Positions 38,283 through 47,382 of a stretch of 64,000 nt of DNA are shown here, piece after piece. This DNA is from a virus. The translations under genes and the position numbers were made by a program. Where the stretch lies: positions 32,001 to 96,000 of IMG/VR virus record IMGVR_UViG_3300030107_005430; one strand, given 5' to 3'. Numbering within the stretch: position 1 is the first letter of the stretch; each line of letters begins with the position of its first letter. The notes below the pieces were generated by a model. It ran no database searches. It was not told the DNA's origin and was given only the letters and a program-made list of their open reading frames with translations.

Positions 38283-38981
38283 TCAGTCCCTATAGTAAGA
38301 GTCTGACTCCAAAGCAATCCAGTATGTTAGATCCAAATTCTTATTTTTGAATTGACTAATTACCTTATCACTAATTGAAACATCGTAGTCTCCCGGTAAC
38401 AACTTTAGATTCTCTGCTTTGAAGTAGAAACAAAAGTCATTATCACTCGTTGGAAGATCCCCCAACTCGATAGAATAATTATTTGTAGTCACATCAGACT
38501 TATCCATCACATCAATCACCAATGAATCCCCTTCACTATGAACGGAAATATCGGATACTTGAAGAACAGACGAAGCCTTTTGAAGATCAATGAAATCATT
38601 ATTCTTCCATTCAAAATCAACAACACTCTCCGGCATATTGATTTTCTTGGTAGGGGAAGTCAGAAGTCTAGGATCACTGTAATAATATCGAACACTATTA
38701 CCCTTTCCTGATTCACTGATTACCATGTGATTATCTTCAAACATGAAATTAGGAGAGTCGAAAAGAGACACGACACCTAAAAACTTGTTCAAATCCCAAA
38801 GTCCAAATTCTACGTCAAAGGTTTCCTCCACAGTTGCTTCAGCCATTACATTCTTAACTGGGGAAATTGTTGAAATTGTATTTCCCGGTTGAATGAGAAT
38901 GTTCGAATTGATTGTGGAAAAATTCTTAAGAATCTCCAACGTCTTCTTAGATAGAGTTACTTCACTCATTGTTGCTTCCAT
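38283..38981 (-). CDS. gp45: Sliding clamp gp45
   Basis: LKNFSTINSNI, DL..FL, ENLKLLPGDY.V, YWIALE. Confidence 0.95.
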   Translation of the reverse strand: MEATMSEVTLSKKTLEILKNFSTINSNILIQPGNTISTISPVKNVMAEATVEETFDVEFGLWDLNKFLGVVSLFDSPNFMFEDNHMVISESGKGNSVRYYYSDPRLLTSPTKKINMPESVVDFEWKNNDFIDLQKASSVLQVSDISVHSEGDSLVIDVMDKSDVTTNNYSIELGDLPTSDNDFCFYFKAENLKLLPGDYDVSISDKVISQFKNKNLDLTYWIALESDSYYRD

Positions 38982-38995
38982 TATATAATCCTTGT

Positions 38996-39187
38996 TTAAT
39001 TAATATCATAGTGATCGGCATAATCATCCCAATCAAAATCACCATCAGCAATGCTTTTAAGGTTTAACTTATCATTCCTTCGTTTTGATTTTCTTTTTTC
39101 TTTTTTGAGTCCTCTGTCCTTTTTCAACTCAAAATCACTTTGAAAATCAGTTTCCTTTTGATCATTTTTATTATTATTAGTTTCCAT
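38996..39187 (-). CDS. Small basic/acidic hypothetical protein
   Basis: GGAG RBS; fills the rnh-gp45 gap. Confidence 0.65.
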   Translation of the reverse strand: METNNNKNDQKETDFQSDFELKKDRGLKKEKRKSKRRNDKLNLKSIADGDFDWDDYADHYDIN

Positions 39188-39210
39188 GAAAAATCTCCAA
39201 CAATCTCCTT

Positions 39211-40053
39211 TTAAAAATCCTCAATGTAATTTATTAAATTTTTAAGACGATACTGTATGAAATATGGCAGAATCTTAGATTTATTTCCTTTTGGTTCTTT
39301 TTTGAACTGATGAGTTATATCTTCAACTATGTTATCAGGAATATAATTCAAATCAATCAATACTTTATTTCTTTCCCAATTAGGATATTCATCTAAATAA
39401 GATCCTTGCTCTATACTAGAATTAATCGCCTCTAGTTTCTTCTTTGTGACACTTTTTTGTCTCTTGTTTTCATTAACGAAAGAATCATCATCGGATAATA
39501 TGTTTGGAATACCATCCGATGAATCTCCTCTAATTATATGTTCAATGAGAAAAGATTTAGGATTTTCACATTCTAAAAATTTCTTCTTGAGGGGACTGTA
39601 TTGTTTAATATTCGGAAAAATTTGCAACTGTTGAAAATCTTTATCGTCCGAAACTATAACAATATCTTCCTTATGATAATTTTCCTTGCATAAAGATGCA
39701 ATTATATCATCTGCTTCTGCACCCTCTACTCGAATACTTTTGTATGGGAAAATCTCCTCTATTTCCGTTCTAATTCTTTCCATTATTGAATGAATTTCAT
39801 CCCAATCCAGATCAGATTCTTTTCTTTTCTTTCTTCTATTTGCTTTATATTGTGGAAAGAATTTCTTTCTCCAAGACTTTCCACCTTCATTGCAAATAAC
39901 AAATTCACCATAAGAATTAAACTTTTTTCTGTACATTCTGTATGTGTTGAGAATTAGATGACGAAGTAAATCTTCATCGACTTTGTTTGAATTATTATTT
40001 AGTATCTGAAATAGATTTGATATTATTATTTGATTGTTGTCAATTAAAATCAT
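39211..40053 (-). CDS. rnh: T4-type RNase H (5'-3' exonuclease)
   Basis: MILID, SWRK..FP.YKANR, EADDII, SDDKDF.QL, GDSSDGIPN. Confidence 0.95.
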   Translation of the reverse strand: MILIDNNQIIISNLFQILNNNSNKVDEDLLRHLILNTYRMYRKKFNSYGEFVICNEGGKSWRKKFFPQYKANRRKKRKESDLDWDEIHSIMERIRTEIEEIFPYKSIRVEGAEADDIIASLCKENYHKEDIVIVSDDKDFQQLQIFPNIKQYSPLKKKFLECENPKSFLIEHIIRGDSSDGIPNILSDDDSFVNENKRQKSVTKKKLEAINSSIEQGSYLDEYPNWERNKVLIDLNYIPDNIVEDITHQFKKEPKGNKSKILPYFIQYRLKNLINYIEDF

Positions 40054-40058
40054 TGTAA

Positions 40059-40346
40059 TTAAATTTCCACCCATTGATTGCTTGTTCCAGCATCAATATA
40101 TGTATAAAGTTTACCAGACGAAGTATCGAACCACTTATCTCCCACTTGGGGGGTTGAATGTGGATTCGTACCAGAAGTATATTTTACACTATAAGCAAGT
40201 TCCTCCCAAAACTCAGTTTGTGTTGGAAGTTCTCCTGTGCTATCTTTTTTTGCTTCGAAAGATCTTCCTTTATAGCGAACAATATCACCTTCATGATAAG
40301 AAGATGGAAGTCCTTCTGGAGTATATGCTTTATAGTTACTTTTCAT
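40059..40346 (-). CDS. Small virion-type protein: CBM5/12-like motif + GDxW..KLYTY..QWVE module
   Basis: YHEGDIVRYKG..F.A...W; late-like AATAAATA at 40352..40359. Confidence 0.6.
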   Translation of the reverse strand: MKSNYKAYTPEGLPSSYHEGDIVRYKGRSFEAKKDSTGELPTQTEFWEELAYSVKYTSGTNPHSTPQVGDKWFDTSSGKLYTYIDAGTSNQWVEI

Positions 40347-40350
40347 ATTA

Positions 40351-40761
40351 CTATTTATTATTTTTCATTTTATCGAAGACAGACTGAGTGGAACCAACTT
40401 TACCAATCTTCTTTTTTCTTGTCTTCTTTTTGGGTTTTCTTGAAACAGCATCATTGAAAATTTTAACATGAGTATCAGCGTGTTGTCTCATCCACTCCCT
40501 GTCTTCTTTATTTCTATTTGATTGTCGAAAGAAAACCTTTTCAACAATAAATTCATATTTGGATTCCTTATCCCAATATACCTGAACACGAAGATCTTTC
40601 CCTCTCTCAAAAGAAGGATATTCCAATCTAGGTGCAAGTTTATAAACACGAACAGACAGTTTAGGACATATCATTTCAAGTGCTGTTTTCAAATATTGTT
40701 CGTAGGACATATTTGATTTGGGACTAATTCCACTTGACCATTTTTTTTCTTTTTTAATCAT
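40351..40761 (-). CDS. Hypothetical basic protein
   Basis: 136-aa ORF, ATGA-coupled to the methyltransferase; Lys-rich end. Confidence 0.7.
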   Translation of the reverse strand: MIKKEKKWSSGISPKSNMSYEQYLKTALEMICPKLSVRVYKLAPRLEYPSFERGKDLRVQVYWDKESKYEFIVEKVFFRQSNRNKEDREWMRQHADTHVKIFNDAVSRKPKKKTRKKKIGKVGSTQSVFDKMKNNK

Positions 40762-42365
40762 GGTTTCCTGAAAACGAATATGGGTTCATACTTCATGTAT
40801 TTACCGTTTACTTGACAGAAATTTTTACATTTAGGCTTCCCGTCTTCACCTACTCTATTTTGTCCGGGCATTCCCTCTAATGCCATCTTCAATGTGTATT
40901 CATATATCATACCTAAAGATTTGAGAATGTCAATACTGTCCTGTTCTATTGGTAGATATTTCCCACTCACTAATACATCTGCCACATTCCATAATAGATA
41001 CCTATCCTTTCCTAACCACTTCACACATGTCTCTAATGTTGGTCGGAGGAATCCGTCTCGCCATGATTCATACGACGAGCCATACTTCTTGTAAGATTGG
41101 TTCTCGTCCTCCGAATATGCCTCTCTGTTGAAGTAAGGTGGTGAAGTAAAAATGAGATCCGTGCTTCCTCGATACTGCTGGAAATCTGGGTGTTTACCAA
41201 TTTCTTCTGAGCCTTCTTGGAATTGGTGGAAAGTATTCGTTTCGGAAAAGAATGGATTTCCACGATAAGTCTTGGTATTGTAAAAATCAGCGAGAGACTC
41301 ATACTTGCTGCCATTACCATCGTCGAGAAAATTATCAGGATTAGGGTCAGTCCCAACATAGTGAATCCGGCGATCATCCCGACAACCCATAGCACCAAGT
41401 ATGCGACCACCCCACCCACTAGACGGATCATATATGACAATGCGTTCTTGGTCTTTGATGTGTTCTGTGAATCTTTCATAAAGATACTTCGATGTCATTG
41501 GTGGGAAATTCACTGCGGGTTGAATATACCCAATTCTAAATGATTTAAATCCCGCTGGGAAAACTTTTCTTCCCTTCTTATATATGCGAATTGCGTAAAC
41601 TTTATCATCCGGCATATCACCAATATCAAAAGTAGAGTGGTGTCGGTATGACATCTTTTCTCTCCACTTCTCTACCTGTTCCTTCGTGAGTTGCAGAACA
41701 TCATCCTGCTCTAACTGAAAGTAACCGGAGTTTGCACCTTCACGAATCTTAATTTGTTCAAGAAGAAAATCATGTCCTTTGAAGATTGATGGATTGTTGA
41801 AGAATGTTTCCATCCATTCATCTCCACTGTTAACAGAAACAATTGCATACTTTTTGCTTCTCTTGATTGCGGACAGTGCATGTGTATAAAATGAATCACG
41901 ACGAAGGTGACGCATTGCTCCTTTTATAACTCTCTCAAGTTTATCATCGTCTGCAACCAAATCATAGATGGAGTATCCATTATCCTTTTCAGTGTAGTTG
42001 ATTCTCGTCTTAAACATATTTGAGAACCACTGATCCACCTCTACTCCCATACGAGACTTGTTGATGATTACATCGTCTTCCATATCGGATAGTTCATCTG
42101 TATGTGTAAACTGATGAACGGGATACTCTGCAATCTTATTGAATGCGTCAATGATTTCATCTTCGTTCTTACCTGTTCGTGGAGGACAACCATAGGTGTC
42201 CCATGCATCCTTGACTACCTTACGCATTTCAATCACCCACTCACGAAACTCGTCGGGTGTCATCTCAAGTAAGTCTTCAAAGTTACAATTCACATGTGAG
42301 TTTATCACATGTTCATTGCGTTCATAGTACGGCTTCAACATTAATTTCTGATTCAAATTCATCAT
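40758..42365 (-). CDS. Amino (N4-C/N6-A) DNA methyltransferase-like protein
   Basis: YDPSSGWGGR SAM motif followed by FTSPPYF catalytic motif; start probably 42341. Confidence 0.82.
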   Translation of the reverse strand: MMNLNQKLMLKPYYERNEHVINSHVNCNFEDLLEMTPDEFREWVIEMRKVVKDAWDTYGCPPRTGKNEDEIIDAFNKIAEYPVHQFTHTDELSDMEDDVIINKSRMGVEVDQWFSNMFKTRINYTEKDNGYSIYDLVADDDKLERVIKGAMRHLRRDSFYTHALSAIKRSKKYAIVSVNSGDEWMETFFNNPSIFKGHDFLLEQIKIREGANSGYFQLEQDDVLQLTKEQVEKWREKMSYRHHSTFDIGDMPDDKVYAIRIYKKGRKVFPAGFKSFRIGYIQPAVNFPPMTSKYLYERFTEHIKDQERIVIYDPSSGWGGRILGAMGCRDDRRIHYVGTDPNPDNFLDDGNGSKYESLADFYNTKTYRGNPFFSETNTFHQFQEGSEEIGKHPDFQQYRGSTDLIFTSPPYFNREAYSEDENQSYKKYGSSYESWRDGFLRPTLETCVKWLGKDRYLLWNVADVLVSGKYLPIEQDSIDILKSLGMIYEYTLKMALEGMPGQNRVGEDGKPKCKNFCQVNGKYMKYEPIFVFRKP

Positions 42366-43038
42366 ATGAAATACACTTTACATTTGTCAAATCATTCCAC
42401 TCTTCTGGATTCTCTTTGCAATCATCCACCCTTCGATATGAAACATTAGGATTATTTTTCATAACAAATTTAATTTCATCAATCCATTTTGAAATGCTAT
42501 GCATTTCTGATTCTGATGAAGAATATGCGTTAGTATCTTTATAGATGTTATTATTTTTTCCATCTTCAGTTTTTCTAAGATCAAACCCCAAAAGATAAAC
42601 CAAACCATCACTCTCTGATGCAATATTGATTGCATTGCTTCCTGTATCAAATGGATGTTTGTTTATTATTGGTTTTATTTTTTCTTCTGAAGTCCATATA
42701 ATGTATGTCACATCAAATCCACCAGAACCTTGTCCTATTACAGTAAATCCTTTTGCAGATTCCTTTTCACCTATATGAATTACTGGTCCCATGCTCTCTT
42801 CAAATATTTCATACATTTCCGAAGGAATAATGTCCCAATCGGTAAAACAACATTCATTTTCTAAACAATATTTTTCTTGGATAATTTCAAGGATAATATC
42901 CTGATCGGTTGCAACAAGAATGTCTGGTGTAAAATCTCTATAAAGAGCATTACACCCATATATTTTACCTTTTCCCCGAAGAGATTCTAAATCAAAATCT
43001 TTTCTGCTTTCGCCGTTTCCTATAATAAATGTATTCAT
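42322..43038 (-). CDS. Maf/DUF115/MptE-like Rossmann protein (sialyltransferase-related fold)
   Basis: FIIGNGES, YGCNA.YRDF.PD.LV..D, TG..A..IA, VYLLGFD. Confidence 0.6.
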   Translation of the reverse strand: MNTFIIGNGESRKDFDLESLRGKGKIYGCNALYRDFTPDILVATDQDIILEIIQEKYCLENECCFTDWDIIPSEMYEIFEESMGPVIHIGEKESAKGFTVIGQGSGGFDVTYIIWTSEEKIKPIINKHPFDTGSNAINIASESDGLVYLLGFDLRKTEDGKNNNIYKDTNAYSSSESEMHSISKWIDEIKFVMKNNPNVSYRRVDDCKENPEEWNDLTNVKCISYDEFESEINVEAVL

Positions 43039-43370
43039 TTCATAGTCCTTTCCCTTAGTCTTTTGTGAAATTGTTCTTTGGTTTCAAAAATTGGAACATT
43101 ACCCATCAATATTTTCTTTACATGAATAACTTCAATTGCGGTGCATATGAAACAAACAAGAACTGCAATTATAGCAAGATACTTTGGGAATCCCATAAGC
43201 AAATCCATCACAATCAGAACCGCTGCACAAACATTCTGTGCGGTTATCATACCCAACATAGTGTAACCAAACTGCGCCTTCGATTCATTGGATAGATCTA
43301 AAATTGTACCGCAAGCAAATTTATAACACGCATACGTTATAAGAGGAATTCCAATTATAGCAAACATCAT
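43035..43370 (-). CDS. Small membrane protein (about 3 TM helices)
   Basis: Three hydrophobic segments; translationally coupled to gp46. Confidence 0.7.
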   Translation of the reverse strand: MMFAIIGIPLITYACYKFACGTILDLSNESKAQFGYTMLGMITAQNVCAAVLIVMDLLMGFPKYLAIIAVLVCFICTAIEVIHVKKILMGNVPIFETKEQFHKRLRERTMK

Positions 43371-45079
43371 TTTATCCTACTGAAGTTATTCTTCTTTTCA
43401 AAGACGATATGATTCTGGAACTTGTCCGTCATCGTATCAGACTTATGACTTATTACAAATATATTAGCACGGCTTCCGAAGGATGTCAAGAGTTTTAAGA
43501 ACTCTTCAGTGCCAACTGCATCGAGACTTGAATCGAATACCTCATCAAGAATCAATAGGTTACAGTTTACACTGTTCTTCAGTCGTGCAATCTCACGCCA
43601 TGCAAGAAGCAAAGATAGGTCGATACGCAATCGTTCACCCTCGCTGAAACTGTGGTAGGAAAACTCATCACGATGGCGACTCTTGATTGTCTCATTAAAG
43701 TTTTCATCAAGATTAAACTGACAGAAGAAGTCCATATCAGAAAGATACTTGTTGATTAACTTGTTCATAATTGGCAAGTAATGCTTAATAATCTTTGCTT
43801 TGATTCCACTGTCCTTTAAAAGAGTAGAAGCAATAGCAAGATAATGTTTGTCTTCGACAAGTTCTTTTCTTCTTTCAACATGATTCTTTCCTTCACCAAT
43901 CAACTGGTTGAGTTCGTCCTTTGTTTCTTGGACTTCCGTTCCTTCAACTAAGACAGACTCAATACTCTTTTGCATCTTATCAATGTATTGAGAAGATGCA
44001 CTAATTTCACTTTGCTTTTTTGTTATTTGTTTTTCTATATTCTGTATAGAATCAAGAATAGCGTTGATGTCTCCCATTCTTTTCTCTGTGTATTCTATAC
44101 TTTCTGAGAGAGAATTGAGTTGGTTTTCAATAGATTCCTGTTCTTTCTCTTTTTCTTCAAACACACAATCTTTATGGTGCTGTTGAATATCCTGCTTACA
44201 TGAAGGACATGTATCATTCTCTTGATAAAACTTTATATTCTTTTGTATTGTTTTTATCTTATTCTTTAATTCTTTTTCATTCGACTCCATCCTCAACAAA
44301 GACTTTGGAATCGTATCTTTATCATTGATTTGAGACATCATATTGTCAATACTACGTTGTTGGTTTTGAATATCTTCTTGAAGTTCCTCTATTTGCTTAC
44401 GAGACTCTTCAATTTCCTTTTGATATTCATCGACAGAATCGTTTGATTTCTTCTCAAGTGTTTGAATCAACTTCTGTTTATCTTCAACTTTACTTTTCGC
44501 AATTTCAATCTTCGTGTCCATATCTTTGATATATTCTTTTGCAACCTGAAGTCTTGCACGAACCAAAGTGTTCATCACAGAGAATACATCAATGTCCAAT
44601 AGATTCTCAACGACTGCTCTTCTGTCTGCTGCACTCAATTGCATAAACGGAACATAGTTCGATGAACCAAGAATCACAACCTGACAGAATGATTTGTAAG
44701 TCATCTTCAGAATCTGTTCCTCAAGAATCTTCTGATAGTCTTTTGCTTTTGCATCCTGATCTAGTAGTTCGCCGTTCTTGTATATCTCAAACTTCTTTGG
44801 TTTCAGACTACGAAATACACGATACTCTTCATTGCCAATTGTAAATGTTATCTCGACTTCGCAATTCTTTTCGTTGATTGAATTGGGGAGTTGAGGAATA
44901 TTGATTCCACGGAACGACTTTCCAAACAAAGCAAATGTCAAAGCATCAAGCATTGTTGACTTTCCTGCACCGTTCTCACCAGAGATGAGTGTGTTGTGGT
45001 GTCTCGTCAAGTCAACGGTTGTCTTGTAGTTGCCAGTTGAAAGAAAATTCTTCCAACTCAATGTTTGGAATAGTATCAA
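43367..45079 (-). CDS. gp46: Recombination endonuclease ATPase subunit gp46 (Rad50-like)
   Basis: GENGAGKST, CPSC zinc hook, FSEGE, LILDEVFD. Confidence 0.97.
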   Translation of the reverse strand: MILFQTLSWKNFLSTGNYKTTVDLTRHHNTLISGENGAGKSTMLDALTFALFGKSFRGINIPQLPNSINEKNCEVEITFTIGNEEYRVFRSLKPKKFEIYKNGELLDQDAKAKDYQKILEEQILKMTYKSFCQVVILGSSNYVPFMQLSAADRRAVVENLLDIDVFSVMNTLVRARLQVAKEYIKDMDTKIEIAKSKVEDKQKLIQTLEKKSNDSVDEYQKEIEESRKQIEELQEDIQNQQRSIDNMMSQINDKDTIPKSLLRMESNEKELKNKIKTIQKNIKFYQENDTCPSCKQDIQQHHKDCVFEEKEKEQESIENQLNSLSESIEYTEKRMGDINAILDSIQNIEKQITKKQSEISASSQYIDKMQKSIESVLVEGTEVQETKDELNQLIGEGKNHVERRKELVEDKHYLAIASTLLKDSGIKAKIIKHYLPIMNKLINKYLSDMDFFCQFNLDENFNETIKSRHRDEFSYHSFSEGERLRIDLSLLLAWREIARLKNSVNCNLLILDEVFDSSLDAVGTEEFLKLLTSFGSRANIFVISHKSDTMTDKFQNHIVFEKKNNFSRIK

Positions 45080-45627
45080 ACTAACGCCTCCTCATACCAA
45101 CTTGGAGTCTCTGCATTCTTCCATTCTGCGAACCCGGTTTTCTCTCCAAGATAATATGCACGGTATGCTTTCACCGCATCTTCATTCTTATATTCATCAG
45201 GCATTGCTTGTGCAAATGGAGTCATAGAATCTGCTTCTTTGATGTTTGCAGGTTTACGATAACGCATATAAGAAATCATATCTTCTGCTTTGTGAGTCTT
45301 TTTATATCGACGAGTATATTCTTTACACAACGAGTATCCGTGTTCCGCTAACCAGTAGTAGTTTTTCTGGTTTTCCATTGCCCACTGGGTGCATGGATGT
45401 CCCACAAAAGAGGCTTTGTATAGCATCTCCTCGAATAACTCGTATGGAAGTTTCCATCTTTTAATACGACGATTGTTCGCAGACAATTCTGTATATTCCT
45501 CACCGTCCAGAACACGCCATACGGTTGAGAGCATCTGTCCTGACTCTACAATCATTTTTACTACATGCTTATCACACATCATTCTAGCAGCAGTATCTGG
45601 ATCATTATCTAAAACAAAAATATTCAC
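45076..45627 (-). CDS. Pyrimidine-dimer DNA glycosylase (DenV-family)-like protein
   Basis: MNIFVLD.DP..AA...CDKHVVKM..E..QMLST, HPC..W, EYT.RY.K.H, QAMPD.YK, AYR.YY. Confidence 0.8.
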   Translation of the reverse strand: MNIFVLDNDPDTAARMMCDKHVVKMIVESGQMLSTVWRVLDGEEYTELSANNRRIKRWKLPYELFEEMLYKASFVGHPCTQWAMENQKNYYWLAEHGYSLCKEYTRRYKKTHKAEDMISYMRYRKPANIKEADSMTPFAQAMPDEYKNEDAVKAYRAYYLGEKTGFAEWKNAETPSWYEEALV

Positions 45628-46667
45628 AGTGACAAACTCTCCATGTATAAATCTTTGATGAGTTTCTTCATACGAGGCTTATCGTCCACCTCTTCAATTG
45701 CGTCTATTTCATTATTGATTAGTGTAACAGTATCTTGTGCTAAGTCAACTATTTCTTCTTTAGTCCACTCAGAATCAATAATATCTTCTACGATTGTGAT
45801 CTTTGCCACTCCCGCTTCATATAATTTGTCCATGAAGCGATCAAAACTATAGGGATGTTTTTTGTTCTCCACGAACAATTTAATATATGAATCCTTCAGG
45901 TGCGTTGGTAAAGAATCCATTTCAACAGGACCATCTGTGTCATCATATGTGAGAGTATGAAACATCTTGAGAGGATTCTCAATAAATTCAACCTCCCGTG
46001 TCTCTGTGTCGAGAACATGGAAACCTTTTGTTTCGTTTAGATCAGCGAAGGTGATTTGATATTGTGTTCCGAGATAATATACATTTCCTTCTTCCTGTCT
46101 ACAATGAAAATGTCCCGACAACACCTTTTCGTATCTATCGAATATTTCAGGATTCATCCCACCATCAAACTTGACACCACGCATCACATCATATCCTCGA
46201 AGTTCAAGATGTCCAATGAGAACAGGCGCTGGTGCAGTCTTAATAAATTCAACTGATTCGTCATAGTTCTCTTTGTTTACCCAAGGAAGAAGTGCGATGT
46301 CTAAACCACCCATATTAATCACCTCTGGTGTTTCATATAACTTTAAATCATTATTAAACAACTCACGAAGAGAATTTACCATATTAGTATTTCGATAATA
46401 CACATCATGGTTTCCAAGAATACAATGCAACTCGATTCCTTGATCATGAACGTGATCTAGAAATCTTGTCCTTACTTGATTTAAAATATTGAAGTTTACA
46501 AACTTTCTTCGATCCATGAAGTCGCCTGCATGGATGATTGTTTTTATGTTGTTTTTCTTTATATAAGGAAAGAACACCTCATCAAAAAACTTCATGAAGT
46601 AATCAAAGAATAGTTGAGAGTCCCCTCTTGCTCCGAAGTGGGTATCATTTATTAATGCAATTCGCAT
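45624..46667 (-). CDS. gp47: Recombination endonuclease subunit gp47 (Mre11-like)
   Basis: DTHFG, GDFMD, GNHD, GHLE, SGHFH. Confidence 0.97.
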   Translation of the reverse strand: MRIALINDTHFGARGDSQLFFDYFMKFFDEVFFPYIKKNNIKTIIHAGDFMDRRKFVNFNILNQVRTRFLDHVHDQGIELHCILGNHDVYYRNTNMVNSLRELFNNDLKLYETPEVINMGGLDIALLPWVNKENYDESVEFIKTAPAPVLIGHLELRGYDVMRGVKFDGGMNPEIFDRYEKVLSGHFHCRQEEGNVYYLGTQYQITFADLNETKGFHVLDTETREVEFIENPLKMFHTLTYDDTDGPVEMDSLPTHLKDSYIKLFVENKKHPYSFDRFMDKLYEAGVAKITIVEDIIDSEWTKEEIVDLAQDTVTLINNEIDAIEEVDDKPRMKKLIKDLYMESLSL

Positions 46668-46669
46668 AA

Positions 46670-47263
46670 TTAATCATCCATGAATTCGTCAAGAACACCC
46701 TTTTGTGTTTTCTTTTTCTTCTTGGTAGTTTTCTTTTTCTTCTTCTTCTTTTTTGGTTTAAATTTATCTAAATCTGAATCTGTTAAATTGAAATGATCCC
46801 TTAAAGCAGAATCAAAGGTTTTATTGGAATCCTTTTCAAAGTAATTTTCTTTAAACCACCTTTTAATATTATCATCTTCAGACATCTCTGTGAGTCTGTA
46901 TTTAATATATGATTGTTTCTTTTCTTTTTCAATTCTTCTTAAAAAAGCATAGTATATGATTTGAGTAAAATATGAAAAAGGATTCTTGGATTTCTCTGGA
47001 TCGAAATTATGAGCATACATCAAACAATTCTCAATACCATCTGATATCATCTCTTCTCTATATGGATAGTTGATAAAATTAGGTCTGTATGAAAGATGTT
47101 CTGCGATATCCATAAAACATTTTCCAATATAATCAGTAACAGGGGGTTTATCTTCTCCGCTGTCTTCTGCTTCAATTACTTCTTTTTTCCATTCAGACAT
47201 TGCTTGGAAAAACTCTTTATTATCAATATAATTGTTTGTTGCTTTTTTTTCTTTTTCACTCAC
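46670..47263 (-). CDS. gp55: Late-transcription sigma factor gp55
   Basis: YIDNKEF, RPNF.NY, MISDGIENC, NPFSYFTQI.YYAF.RRI. Confidence 0.97.
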   Translation of the reverse strand: MSEKEKKATNNYIDNKEFFQAMSEWKKEVIEAEDSGEDKPPVTDYIGKCFMDIAEHLSYRPNFINYPYREEMISDGIENCLMYAHNFDPEKSKNPFSYFTQIIYYAFLRRIEKEKKQSYIKYRLTEMSEDDNIKRWFKENYFEKDSNKTFDSALRDHFNLTDSDLDKFKPKKKKKKKKTTKKKKKTQKGVLDEFMDD

Positions 47264-47288
47264 ATATAAAGTCCTTGTGTTATATCGT

Positions 47289-47297
47289 AGTATAACA
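47289..47297 (-). promoter_or_regulatory. Extended -10 promoter for gp55
   Basis: TGTTATACT (TGnTATACT) about 25 nt before the GTG start, which has an AAGGA RBS. Confidence 0.6.
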
Positions 47298-47324
47298 GTT
47301 TTTTTTGTTTTTGAAAGAAAGATG

Positions 47325-47353
47325 TTGACAATTCTTCAAATCTATTTTACAAT
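47325..47353 (+). promoter_or_regulatory. Near-consensus sigma70 promoter on the non-coding strand
   Basis: TTGACA (47325-30), 17-nt spacer, TACAAT (47348-53). Confidence 0.7.
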
Positions 47354-47382
47354 CATCTGTGCCAACAGACAAAGGATACATC

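Noticed and set aside
40351-42365. Complete restriction-modification system
   Set aside because: No recognisable endonuclease motif in neighbouring ORFs; treated as an orphan methyltransferase
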